Origin: Synechococcus sp.
GTDB taxonomy: Bacteria > Cyanobacteriota > Cyanobacteriia > PCC-6307 > Cyanobiaceae
Reading direction: 5' to 3'
Length of the DNA: 64,000 nucleotides
Assembly (NCBI GenBank): GCA_047285535.1
Contig: JBJBDC010000001.1
Coordinates: 576,136-640,135, forward strand
The notes under the pieces are model-generated. The model did no database searches and was not told where the DNA came from. It saw only the letters and a list, made by a program, of their open reading frames with translations. The translations under genes were made by a program, and so were the position numbers. The stretch's first letter is position 1; each line of letters starts with the position of its first letter. Positions 32,291 to 41,947 of this stretch are shown here, piece after piece.

Positions 32291-32773
32291 ATGCGAGCTC
32301 TTTATCCGGGCAGTTTTGATCCACTGACTCTGGGACATCTCGATTTAATCGAGCGCGGTTCAAGTCTTTTCGGCGAGGTGGTGGTTGCTGTTTTGCAGAA
32401 CCCGGGAAAATCACCGGCTTTCAGTCTCGAGCAAAGAATCGATCAAATTACGAAGGCGACGTCTCATCTCAAAGGAGTCACGGTGACCAGCTTCAACGGG
32501 CTCACTGTCACCTGTGCTCAGCAACAACGGGCGGACTTGATTTTGCGTGGACTCAGAGCGATGAGTGATTTTGAGTACGAGCTCCAGATTGCCCACACCA
32601 ATCGATCGTTGGACTCTGAATTTGAGACTGTTTTCCTTAGCACCGCTGCCCACTACAGCTTTCTTAGCAGTTCGGTTGTGAAAGAAGTGGCCAGGTTTGG
32701 AGGTCAAGTTGACCATATGGTTCCCACAGTGGTGGCGGAAGACCTCAAGAGGTTCTTTAATTCGGCTTTATAA
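32291..32773 (+). CDS. coaD: pantetheine-phosphate adenylyltransferase
   Basis: [34 protein letters not shown]. Confidence 0.98.
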   Translation: MRALYPGSFDPLTLGHLDLIERGSSLFGEVVVAVLQNPGKSPAFSLEQRIDQITKATSHLKGVTVTSFNGLTVTCAQQQRADLILRGLRAMSDFEYELQIAHTNRSLDSEFETVFLSTAAHYSFLSSSVVKEVARFGGQVDHMVPTVVAEDLKRFFNSAL

Positions 32774-32783
32774 GCCAGTTGTG

Positions 32784-33734
32784 ATGAGCGAGATTCGCTT
32801 CACCGTGCTCGATCAGCTCGACCAGCTCGAGGAAATTGTCCTTGAAGGCAATCGAATCCCTTTCAGTGGGGGCAGGCTGGTCAACGAGCAGGATGCAATC
32901 GAGATCTTGGATAACGTTCGAGCATCATTGCCTGGGCAGGTTGTTCAGGCAGATCAACTGCTGCAAAAACGAGATGAATTCATTTCATCGGCACGTAGTC
33001 AGGCCGATGAGATTGTTCAAAAAGCCCAACAGCAACGTGAACAACTTGTCAGTGCCGCGGCCGTGCGACAGGAGGCTGAGCGTCAAGTCAACGAGATGCG
33101 GGATCAGGTTCGCCAGCAATGCGAACAGCTTCTCCAGGGTTCCCGTCAGCAGGCCGCGCAGATGGAGCAAGACATGCAGTCAAAGCAGGCCCAATTGGAA
33201 CAACAATTTGCTGGCCGTCGGCAGCAGTTAGAACAAGAGGCCCTTCAACGCCGTCAACAACTTGATCAAGAAGCGCTTGAACTTAAGCGCCAATTGTCTG
33301 AGGCCCATGAACGCAATCGTCAGCAATCTGTTCAAGAGTTGGAGCAGATTCGCCACGAGGGAGTCAAACTACAGAAGGATGCACAATCTGAAGTCGAGCG
33401 GATCCATCAAGACGCTCTTCAGTTTCGACAACAGACTCAGCAACAATGTGAATCGTTGATCCAGCGCACGCGTCAAGATGCAGCCTCTGTTCAAGATGGT
33501 GCCAACCGTTATGCGGAGCAAACGCTTGGTGAGCTTGAACAAAGGCTGAAAGAGATGTCCCAGGTGGTTTTGGCGGGTCGACAGGAGCTCGTCAAAATTC
33601 AGATGATTCGACCTGAAGGCCTTCATCATGCAACCGACAGACCTGAATCCAACACACGCAATGGGAAATTTGAATCCATCAGCAAGGCTCGACGCGCAGC
33701 GTCTCGCCTCAAGTCACTGAAGGGCACGGGCTAA
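32784..33734 (+). CDS. cdv3: DivIVA-like coiled-coil cell division protein (Cdv3-like)
   Basis: LDQLEEIV..RIPFSG..LVN N-terminus, long Q/E/R coiled coil, GANRYA; directly downstream of coaD as in other cyanobacteria. Confidence 0.7.
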   Translation: MSEIRFTVLDQLDQLEEIVLEGNRIPFSGGRLVNEQDAIEILDNVRASLPGQVVQADQLLQKRDEFISSARSQADEIVQKAQQQREQLVSAAAVRQEAERQVNEMRDQVRQQCEQLLQGSRQQAAQMEQDMQSKQAQLEQQFAGRRQQLEQEALQRRQQLDQEALELKRQLSEAHERNRQQSVQELEQIRHEGVKLQKDAQSEVERIHQDALQFRQQTQQQCESLIQRTRQDAASVQDGANRYAEQTLGELEQRLKEMSQVVLAGRQELVKIQMIRPEGLHHATDRPESNTRNGKFESISKARRAASRLKSLKGTG

Positions 33735-34983
33735 GCCTGAACACTGCTCTCAGAATCTGGCCGATCGTGGCATTCGGTCGGCTTGCACCGTTTGAAATCA
33801 TGCTCACATACCGAGGTCCATCCTGGGTTTGGAGTATCCCGGAAATCGATCGCACACCGCTGATTGTTCCTGTTTTTCCCCAGAATTTCCCCTCGATCGG
33901 AGAACCGATGAAATAGTTGCGAAGAGTGCCTCGTCGTCCTGCAATGGCCATCGAGGCTTGGTAATAAGAGGCATAGGGATGTTGATCCATACGCATTAGC
34001 AAGGCAGCGATGGTTTGGCTTGAAACGCGATTATTACGCGAAAGGCCGCTCCCATCGGCAATTCTTAGCCCCTCTACTGGTATCCCTTGTTTCTGCATCC
34101 AAAGGTGCGCAGCAGCCGAAGCCGCTCTGACATCCCATTGGTCTGAGGCCTGTCTTAGCAGCACTTCTGCGGTGAAATTATGACTTTCAGTATTCGCGAG
34201 ACTCAGTAGAGCATGCATTGGTGCAGAGGTTTCCTCATGGAGGACGATGAGCGATTCTGTCTTGTTTGAATGCTGCATCTCCGGTTTGGGTAGAGCCTGT
34301 CTGACCTCGATGGTTCCGCCACGACGTTTCACCTCTTTTTTAAAAAGTGTCTCTAAACGGCGATAGGGATCACTAACCGCGCCTCCCAATGAATTGCTGG
34401 TTAAGGCAAGTCGAGTTATCGGTGCCCCATAGGCATAGGCGCGATCAGCAGGGTGCCAATCACTAGGCCACCAGTTTCGTCGAGGTTCCTCCCTGACCAT
34501 CAGGTTCACAGCTCCAGTGGAAGTACCTCTTGCACCTCCCTGCCCCATTGCTGCCAAAGCAAAACGTTGGAGACCTGCAATCCCTAGATCCGGATCACCT
34601 TGCCCCTTGAGCTCAAGAGTGCCATCAGGTCTTTGCACTAACTGGGTACGCAAGCGAAAATCTGGACCTAATTGGTCCAGCGCGAAGGCTGTACTGATGA
34701 GTTTTTGGTTGGATGCTGGAATGCGAGCCTTCGCACCATTGATGTCACTCAGTAAATCACCATCACTGTTGACAACTGATACGCTCCATGCGTTTGAAAC
34801 TGGATCAAGTAAGCGATTCAATGCTTGTTGAAGAGAAGCACAAGATCGTCCAAGTTTTTTAAGTTGAGGAAAAGGCTGACCAGAAGGGGGCTCTGGCAGC
34901 GAGAGAAAAGAAGGCTCTGCTGCGACTGGTAGTGAGGTTGTGCTGGCGAGTGCCAACGACAGGATGAGTACGGCCTTTTTCAT
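33709..34983 (-). CDS. dacB: D-alanyl-D-alanine carboxypeptidase/endopeptidase (PBP4, peptidase S13)
   Basis: PASNQK (SxxK), SHN (SxN), DGSGLSR, KTGT. Confidence 0.93.
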   Translation of the reverse strand: MKKAVLILSLALASTTSLPVAAEPSFLSLPEPPSGQPFPQLKKLGRSCASLQQALNRLLDPVSNAWSVSVVNSDGDLLSDINGAKARIPASNQKLISTAFALDQLGPDFRLRTQLVQRPDGTLELKGQGDPDLGIAGLQRFALAAMGQGGARGTSTGAVNLMVREEPRRNWWPSDWHPADRAYAYGAPITRLALTSNSLGGAVSDPYRRLETLFKKEVKRRGGTIEVRQALPKPEMQHSNKTESLIVLHEETSAPMHALLSLANTESHNFTAEVLLRQASDQWDVRAASAAAHLWMQKQGIPVEGLRIADGSGLSRNNRVSSQTIAALLMRMDQHPYASYYQASMAIAGRRGTLRNYFIGSPIEGKFWGKTGTISGVRSISGILQTQDGPRYVSMISNGASRPNATIGQILRAVFRLSPCPSVT

Positions 34984-35495
34984 TGAACCTTCACACCACT
35001 GACTGTTCCATTGATGCGGTAAAGGGGGCCTTCAAGCTCCACAGGTGTGCCGACTTTTAACTTGGTACCGGCAAGAACGATGCCTGATTTCGAAACCGTT
35101 GCATCGCCTTCGAGAACAAAGCGAGCATTCAACGTGCTATGGGTGGTCCGGTTTGGATCGGGTGCTGTCACCACACTTCCATCCGGTTGAACAGCTGCAA
35201 GAACACGCGTGATGTCGTCGATGCGAATCAGCCTGACGCTTCCTGCGGGCTGATTTCGAATGATGATGCTTGTTCGACCGGATGCAAGCGCGTTGTTAAT
35301 CAGACCCTCAGGATCAGCAGCACTGAGACGACGAACGTCCACCATGACTTCGACAGGTTTGACCGACCCGGTTGCCTTCGCAAATGTGTTGCTTAGCTTC
35401 GGACTCCAAAGCACACCCCCAACGGCAAGCAATGCGATGAGTCCAGCAGTTGCATCAAGAGGTGACAACCCTCTCAAGCGGTCTCTTAAAGCCAT
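34980..35495 (-). CDS. DUF4330-like protein
   Basis: N-terminal TM helix, IIRNQPAG, QPDGSV..PDP, KLKVGTPVELEG. Confidence 0.8.
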   Translation of the reverse strand: MALRDRLRGLSPLDATAGLIALLAVGGVLWSPKLSNTFAKATGSVKPVEVMVDVRRLSAADPEGLINNALASGRTSIIIRNQPAGSVRLIRIDDITRVLAAVQPDGSVVTAPDPNRTTHSTLNARFVLEGDATVSKSGIVLAGTKLKVGTPVELEGPLYRINGTVSGVKVQ

Positions 35496-35541
35496 ACCGG
35501 TTGTGTGGACTTGACCACACTAAAAGCGTTATCTGAGAACA

Positions 35542-36255
35542 TCAACCTCGCAGATCGTCAATGAAGCGATCTACAGCACCAAGTTGACGACCAAAACTAT
35601 CGTTCTCGCCGTTCAGCGCCAGGGCAATTGTTTCTGCATCTGGTTTTGAAGGCATTGCGCAGAGGAATCGATAACCATCTGGATGGGCTTTGAACAAATT
35701 CCAGAGGTCCTGTTCAGTTTGTAGTAATGCCCCCTCAGAAAGTGGCTCCAAATGGAAGGCAGATTTCCAGATTGAGAGAAAGCCTTGCCTTCGGCCTCGG
35801 GCAACACTGCCAATACCTACTCCGGCGTCTTCAAGTTTTCCATTAATAAGCACAACAGGTCCTTGCCATCCATTGCAAACACTTTCAATCATTTCGTAGT
35901 CGGTTGGTTGCGGTCCAATCACCAAAAGCAAGCGATTATTCAGCTCAGGATCAATACCGAGCGATAAATCCTTGAGTGCCAGGCAGTGGGAAGAGAGTTC
36001 ACCGCTTTCTCTCTTGGCAAGAGCAGCTGATCCGGCATCAGGCCAAGCAATCATCAACTCATATCCATCATTTTTTAGTGCAGTTGCGATGCGAATGACT
36101 GGCATCAAAAGCCTTAGTCCCTCAAATCGCCAGGTCACCGTCCAGCGTTGATGCTGAGATTGAGCTAGAGAATTTTTTAAGGAGTCGAGGGTCATCGCCT
36201 CGGCTTGTAGAAGATCGGCGGGGAGGAAGACGGCCAAACTGTCCTCGAAAGTCAT
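35542..36255 (-). CDS. DUF1995-like protein
   Basis: FEGLRL, WPDAGSAALAKR, VLINGKLEDAGVGIG; start uncertain. Confidence 0.8.
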   Translation of the reverse strand: MTFEDSLAVFLPADLLQAEAMTLDSLKNSLAQSQHQRWTVTWRFEGLRLLMPVIRIATALKNDGYELMIAWPDAGSAALAKRESGELSSHCLALKDLSLGIDPELNNRLLLVIGPQPTDYEMIESVCNGWQGPVVLINGKLEDAGVGIGSVARGRRQGFLSIWKSAFHLEPLSEGALLQTEQDLWNLFKAHPDGYRFLCAMPSKPDAETIALALNGENDSFGRQLGAVDRFIDDLRG

Positions 36256-36268
36256 TGGTGGACGGTAC

Positions 36269-37465
36269 TTAAACGGCAGAGAGATTGTTTTCCAGAAGAT
36301 CGATCGCCCGTTGAATACGGTCATTGATCAGAGCCAGCTCCGATGGATCAATCCAGTAGCCAAGACTGAGCCGCAGCCCTGATCGCCGCCACTGAGGTTT
36401 AATTCCCATCGCTTCAAGGACTTGGCTATCACTGTCCTGACCAGATGTGCAAGCGCTGCCACTACTGGCTGCGACGCCTTGAAGGTCAAGAGCACGTACC
36501 AAGGCACGCCCAGACATTGGCTGACCACGTCGATCGCAGATCAGCAACGAAAGATGATGAGGAAGACGATCAATGGCATGGCCACTGAGATGGATTCCAT
36601 CTCTTTGACAAAGCATTTCAAGGAGGCAATCGCGTAATGATGCGATTCCTGATCCTGCTTCATTGATTTGATCTGCCTGACAGGGTCCGATTTCCTGCAG
36701 GGCAGCTGCCATTCCTTGTGCCAAGACCGGGGATTCAGTTCCAGCGCGAAGACCATTTTCTTGTTGCCCTCCCGCAAATAAGGGCTTCATCCTTTCCACC
36801 ATTTCATGTCTTAAGAGCAACAAACCGATACCTCTAGGACCACCACATTTGTGACCAGAGGCCGTCAAGAGGTCCACTGGAAGATCACTCCAGCTTGGGC
36901 AGCCTTGGCTCAGGACTTGGGAGGCATCAGTATGAAAGGGTATCTGTAGCGAACGACAGGCTTGACCCACGACCTGGATCGGTTGAATCGTTCCAACTTC
37001 GCTCTGCCCCCAAATCAAGGAAACGAGTTTTGTGGGAGGCTCAAGCAATCGATCCAGATGCTGCATCTGAATCCGGCCAAAGACATCTACTGGCCATGTT
37101 TCGACTGTCCATCCCAACGCGTTTAATTGTTGTGCAGCAGCATTAACAACGGGATGCTCAACAGCAGAAATGACCAGTCGTCCTGGAGATTCTCCCTTGG
37201 CCAGTCCAAGCAACGCGAGATGCGCCGACTCGGTAGCCCCAGATGTAAACACGATTTCTGATCGATCAATGTGAAGCGTTTGACCGATGGAAAGGCGTGC
37301 TCGCTCCAATGATTCAGCTGCATCACAACCGATGCGATGCAGACTTGATGGATTACCCCATGACCCATTCTGCGCATCCAGCATGGAAGACTTCGCGCTT
37401 TCTCTAAGGGGCGCTGTGGCACATCCATCAACATAGAAATAACGCTCTTCAGGATGAGCCATCAC
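36269..37465 (-). CDS. cysteine desulfurase (class V aminotransferase, IscS/NifS-like)
   Basis: GNPSS, FTSGATE, EH, HTDASQ, SGHK (PLP lysine), RAGT, SSGSAC (catalytic Cys). Confidence 0.92.
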   Translation of the reverse strand: MMAHPEERYFYVDGCATAPLRESAKSSMLDAQNGSWGNPSSLHRIGCDAAESLERARLSIGQTLHIDRSEIVFTSGATESAHLALLGLAKGESPGRLVISAVEHPVVNAAAQQLNALGWTVETWPVDVFGRIQMQHLDRLLEPPTKLVSLIWGQSEVGTIQPIQVVGQACRSLQIPFHTDASQVLSQGCPSWSDLPVDLLTASGHKCGGPRGIGLLLLRHEMVERMKPLFAGGQQENGLRAGTESPVLAQGMAAALQEIGPCQADQINEAGSGIASLRDCLLEMLCQRDGIHLSGHAIDRLPHHLSLLICDRRGQPMSGRALVRALDLQGVAASSGSACTSGQDSDSQVLEAMGIKPQWRRSGLRLSLGYWIDPSELALINDRIQRAIDLLENNLSAV

Positions 37466-38606
37466 GATTCAATCGGGACAGGGTTCGTGCTTCTAATGAT
37501 TCACTTGCAATGTTGATGATGTCGTCCAGAGAAGTGGATGATAAAAATTGCTGGACTCGAGCTTGATCCTCATCACTTAGGCACTCATCTGGGTCGACGG
37601 AGTCATCGTTGCAGTCCGTTGAGCTGTCCGTGCGTTGAGGTTGAGTTGTTTGCGGCGTGGAGTTCTCAACACTGTTTGTGTTTCCTTGGTCTTCAAAAGT
37701 TGAAGACGTGATCTCTGTCTGCCTTGTTTGAGTGGATACTGTTTCTGGCAACAAGTCAGGATTAAGGACACCATCGAAGACCGAGACAGCTGGTCCAGTC
37801 ATAAACACTGATCCTTTGGAATCAGGCCAACTGATCTCAAGAGCTCCTCCAGGTAGCCAGACCTTGGCCTCACAGTCAGATAATCCAAGCAAGGTAGCGG
37901 CAACAAGCGTGGCGCAGGCACCCGTGCCACAGGCAAGGGTTGGACCAGCACCACGTTCCCAAATGCGTATACGAAGAGTCTGTCGATCAATGACTTGCAA
38001 GAAGTGAACATTTGTCTTTGCTGGAAAAAAGGAATGCACTTCTAATTGGGATCCCCAATGATCAAAAGGAATGGCTTCGATGTCTTCTACAGGAACAACC
38101 ACGTGAGGATTCCCCATGCCAACAGCAGCAAGCTGATGTTTTATGCCATCAAGATTGATCTCTCCTTGAGGAAGTCCAGAGCTGCCTGTTGAGAGTGTTG
38201 TGGGTATCTGATTGGGATCAAGGAAAGGCAATCCCATATCGACCCTAATCTGACCATCCTCCTGGAGTTCGGGGACAATAACGCCTGCCATGGTTTCCAT
38301 TCTCCAAGTTCTTCCAGGCTGATCCCCATCACTATCAGCAAGGAAACGGGCTAGGCAGCGGATGCCATTGCCGCACATCTCAGCTTCACTTCCATCCGCA
38401 TTAAAAATGCGCATCCTTAGTTCTTCGCCATGCTGTGCAGGCAGGGCCAAAATCAAACCATCTGCGCCAATGCCAAATCGGCGATCACACAGCTGGCGAA
38501 CCCAAATGGGATCTGGATCTCTGATATTGATGGGTAGTTGACCTGCGCGACCCTCCAACAGCACGAAATCGTTGCCTAAACCCTGATACTTGCTGAACGA
38601 AAGCAT
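37449..38606 (-). CDS. dapF: diaminopimelate epimerase with C-terminal extension
   Basis: FSKYQGLGNDF, NADGSEAEMCGNG, MGNPH, ERGAGPTLACGTG. Confidence 0.97.
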   Translation of the reverse strand: MLSFSKYQGLGNDFVLLEGRAGQLPINIRDPDPIWVRQLCDRRFGIGADGLILALPAQHGEELRMRIFNADGSEAEMCGNGIRCLARFLADSDGDQPGRTWRMETMAGVIVPELQEDGQIRVDMGLPFLDPNQIPTTLSTGSSGLPQGEINLDGIKHQLAAVGMGNPHVVVPVEDIEAIPFDHWGSQLEVHSFFPAKTNVHFLQVIDRQTLRIRIWERGAGPTLACGTGACATLVAATLLGLSDCEAKVWLPGGALEISWPDSKGSVFMTGPAVSVFDGVLNPDLLPETVSTQTRQTEITSSTFEDQGNTNSVENSTPQTTQPQRTDSSTDCNDDSVDPDECLSDEDQARVQQFLSSTSLDDIINIASESLEARTLSRLNRDGSS

Positions 38607-38647
38607 GGACTCAAACTCCAGTGATGAAAGGGGCTCTAGGCTGCTGC

Positions 38648-38669
38648 CTAGGCCCAAGGTCTAGGCCCA
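38648..38669 (+). repeat. left boundary motif CTAGGCCCAaggtCTAGGCCCA
   Basis: 19/22 identical to 41948-41969; internal 9-mer direct repeat with 13-nt period. Confidence 0.7.
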
Positions 38670-38823
38670 TAACTTGATTCGAAAACGCCAATCAATAGAT
38701 GAAGCAATTTAGGAGAACAGGCCCGCGAGGTAGTCTGAATCGCCACTGGGGATTCTCATTTGCAATTCGTTCTTGAGAATAAGCCCTCCATTTCCTCCTG
38801 CATCGTAGATACAGCCTGGAGTC

Positions 38824-39306
38824 TTAGGGAATAGGTGGTCCTAGATCTGGATAGTTCATCCGGGAATACTCCTTCTCTCCTTCCTGTTTGTCTGTCTTCC
38901 GTTGAGCTTTCTCTGTTCCCAGCTCGAGGCACTGCACTTGCCGATCGATCTAAGCCTCTTGGCCGGCATCCAGGTTGCGCAGCTCACGAGCTACTTGCTG
39001 GGCCAGCAGTTGATCTTCAGGAAGTTGTAGTGATGGTCATAGTTTTTGTCCTTAATAGGGGCTTGTTGTTGTTTTCGTTGGGTTTCTTCAGCGATCAGAT
39101 CTTCCAATCGTTAGATGAGTCTGACCATCTTGTCCTTTTCCTCCATCAGTTCATCGTTGATGTACTAAGAAGGAAGGTCTGGGTGTTTGAGGCAGTTCTT
39201 CGTGCTCCGTAGTGAGAGCCGTGCTGCCTTGAGTCGTGTCCTTCGCAGAACTAATGACTCGTTCTTGCGGATTGCCATGGAATTTGTTGTGTACATTTGG
39301 TGTCAT
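38824..39306 (-). pseudogene. remnants of small phage/plasmid-like genes
   Basis: Protein-like minus-strand frames broken by single stops: ..ELMEEKDKMVRLI*RLEDLIAEETQRK (stop 39111-39113) and QLPEDQLLAQQVARELRNLDAGQEA*IDRQV (stop 38950-38952). Confidence 0.35.
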
Positions 39307-39673
39307 GAAAGCCGCTTGACAGGGCTTGACCCGAGGCAAACGGAAGGCAAGAAAAAAGCCTCATAAAGCGAGCGCGAGGAAAACACGAGGTGCTTGAGCT
39401 TTAGGCACCCTATGGAAAGGATGGTGAAGCTAAAGAAAGCATCAGCATTAACCACTCAAAACTCGAAATTTTGGATTTATTCCCGAATAATGAGGCTCTA
39501 GAAAGACAATCAATATGAAGTTAAATCAACCATTTATCTTGCGAGCAGAGCAGACTATGCGGCATTTTTTATTCTCCCGCCAAGAAAAAAATAATGCAAA
39601 TTATAAGAAATGTTGGATAGACTTGTTTTCGATTGAATCTTGAAGCCAGGCTGTAGAAGAGTTTAGATTCCCA

Positions 39674-40183
39674 ATGAGAAAAACAATGCGTATTGGCGTC
39701 AGGACTATCACAATAGCTTTGGCAAGTTTGCTTCCTTCTTTTGCTAGCCCAGCGGTTGCTTTTGAACTAAACCTAACTCAACCAATACAGCCTCGTGTAA
39801 CTAAACCAATTGAACCTCCTCGATATCAAGACACTCCTGTAGTTACTCAACCTCCTGTATATCAGCCTCCTGTATATCAACCTCCTGTAGTTACTCAACC
39901 TCCTGTATATCAGCCTCCTGCATATCAACCTCCTGTAGTTCATCAACCTCCTGTATATCAACCTCCTGTATATCAACCTCCTGTATATCAACCTCCTGTA
40001 GTTCATCAACCTCCTGTATATCAGCCTCCTGTATATCAGCCTCCTGGGTATCACCGCCCCCATTATCCAACTATTCATACTTCAACTCCAGGGCCTTATT
40101 CGCCTCCACAGCTTGATCCAAATCAGCCATATAGGGAGCTTGGAAGGAGTTTAGGTCAGCTGTTCAACCAAATGCTGCAATAA
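39674..40183 (+). CDS. secreted proline-rich repeat protein (PPVYQ repeats)
   Basis: Signal peptide ending ASPAVA/F; 8 PPVYQ, 1 PPAYQ, 3 PPVV(T/H)Q; synonymous CAA/CAG variation between units; downstream terminator. Confidence 0.85.
   Translation: MRKTMRIGVRTITIALASLLPSFASPAVAFELNLTQPIQPRVTKPIEPPRYQDTPVVTQPPVYQPPVYQPPVVTQPPVYQPPAYQPPVVHQPPVYQPPVYQPPVYQPPVVHQPPVYQPPVYQPPGYHRPHYPTIHTSTPGPYSPPQLDPNQPYRELGRSLGQLFNQMLQ
39836..40051 (+). repeat. coding tandem repeat of 15-nt CCTCCTGTATATCA(A/G) and 18-nt CCTCCTGTAGTT(ACT/CAT)CAA units
   Basis: Read directly from the sequence. Confidence 0.97.
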
Positions 40184-40288
40184 CATCATCACTATATTTT
40201 TGATGATCTAGGGACTCAGCTCTCGATGCACCTCGAAGCACATGTAAATAATTGCTCTCCAATTGCAGCCTTATCGTATTTCATTTTT

Positions 40289-40310
40289 CCCCGCCACGTG
40301 CGGGGCTTTT
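40289..40310 (+). terminator. rho-independent terminator after the Pro-rich gene
   Basis: CCCCGC-cacgt-GCGGGG followed by CTTTT. Confidence 0.7.
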
Positions 40311-40712
40311 CTTAGACAGATTAACCATTTGGATAGATGATCTGATAGAAGCGGCCTTCTTCTGGATCTGTTGAGTTATGACCCTCCACGGCCTCCCTTT
40401 TGTCTGAATGACTCAATGGGTTTTCACTCTCCAGCAAGTGATCAGGACCTGGAGGATGCAAGGCGCTAATAAGTTCCGTCAGCTCAAGCAACACTTGAAC
40501 GTTTCTTGATCGCATTGGGCTCATATCTTTTTTCATGTGCCACTCAATGTGTCAGTTTGGGCGCCCTCGCTAGTGAATGAGGGAAAGTAGTGAGATACAG
40601 CAAGGTCAGCCCTCGAATTGGTGTCCTTTTCCCATCGTTTTGCTGGTGTTTAGGTTTACTTATCCCGTCACCATCTGGGGTTTAAAGGAATTCCAGTGTT
40701 CATGCGCAGCAC

Positions 40713-41932
40713 TCAGTTCAGTTGACCCAGTGCCTTCCGCATCGTGTCCATATCAACGGCTCCATAGACACAGGTCTGTGTCTTCGGGGTGTGACCAAAC
40801 AACCCGCCGATGACTGACTCATTGATGTCTTTTGATCTGAAACACGTGGCTGCCCAATCACGGGTCGCCTTTGGGTTAACCCCGATGTGCTTGGTCCAGT
40901 GCATGGCCTCACACGACCGACCACCACGCTTGGGGCTGTAGGCCCGGGAAAGATCAATCCCCCACATGGTTCGTCGAGCTTCTCTTGCCGAAGGATTGGA
41001 AGCAGGTGCGGGTGAATCGGGATGACCCTGTCTCGGAAGACGTTCTTCAGTGAGCCTGTCGTGTGGCGCTTGACGCGAATGGTCTCCTCTTGAAGATCAA
41101 TGTCTTCCCAGCGCAGACCCCCTACCTCTGAAGCATGAGCACCTGCAAAGCGCAGGATGTGCCAAAGCAGTTGCTGGTGTCGCGGCAACTGCTTCCACTT
41201 CTGGTCTGCCTCATCCAGCGTCACAACATCCTTCTTCGTTTCTTTGTGCTTGACCCTCTTGGTAAGTCCTTCGAAGACGTTGCTCTCAACCCAGCCCTCT
41301 TCCAGGGACACAGCAAACAGTCCATTGAGGAAATGCAGACTAGTCTTGACGGTTGAGGGTTGGCACCTGCTCAGCTCATTAGCCCTCCAAGCCAGTGGAT
41401 CGTCACCAATGGCCTGCTGGATGTACTCCCTGCCGCTGTGCTCCATGAGCTGGCCCAGGTAGCGGCTCCATTCGTACGCAGTGCCTGTTGAAGGGTCCTT
41501 TAGGAGGCGTTGACCTGGTCATCAGATGATCGGGGCTTGTGAGGGCCTTAGCGGCGCCTTTCAGGACACCTTGGGCAATGTCCTGCAGCTCCGCGTATTT
41601 GGGGTTGATCGTTCCCTCGTCATCCAGGTGCATGGGCTCTTTGCTGACTTGCTGGACGAGGTCATGTCCATCAAGATCTGTAGGTGCCTTAGCAACATCT
41701 GGGATGAGGGATATCAGCTTTGCGCAGGCCTTAATTGCTTTCCCCTTGCCTCACGTATCAGCTGCTCTGACTCCTCCAGAAATACAGCTGCATTCCTCTT
41801 GACCTCGGACAGGGAGTCGCCCGCTTTGCGTATCCATGGGGCCTTGCCGATGACATCACGGCAATCAGGCGGCACGCTTCATTGGAAGAACCATTCCTTG
41901 TGGCCCTTCCTGCTTTTCAGATAGTTAGCCAT
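40713..41932 (-). pseudogene. tyrosine recombinase/integrase pseudogene with DUF6538-like N-terminus
   Basis: ATG 41932 MANYLKSRKGHKEWFFQ*SVPPD (TGA at 41879-41881), further stops and frameshifts; box I AGAHASEVGGLRWEDIDL, LKN..RVIPIHP; after a frameshift near 40950, KATRDWAAT..LFGHTPKTQTCVYG (GH...Y). Confidence 0.88.
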
Positions 41933-41947
41933 CTTCTGGTCACCGAT

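Noticed and set aside
38835..39212. 125-aa plus-strand ORF in the island
   Set aside because: Composition looks like the antisense of the broken minus-strand frames; no motif support
39836..40051. CRISPR array or DGR-like repeat
   Set aside because: Units are contiguous 15/18-mers with no unique spacers, stay in frame and vary synonymously; no cas or reverse transcriptase genes in the window
39773..40078. Arg-rich antisense ORF (RRLIY repeats)
   Set aside because: Simply the reverse complement of the PPVYQ repeat; the plus strand has the signal peptide and terminator
40321..40536. 71-aa minus-strand ORF in the island
   Set aside because: No recognisable motif; cannot be told apart from a chance ORF or remnant without a homology search
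40588..40599. NtcA site GTAGTGAGATAC
   Set aside because: Spacer is 6 nt rather than the GTA-N8-TAC consensus
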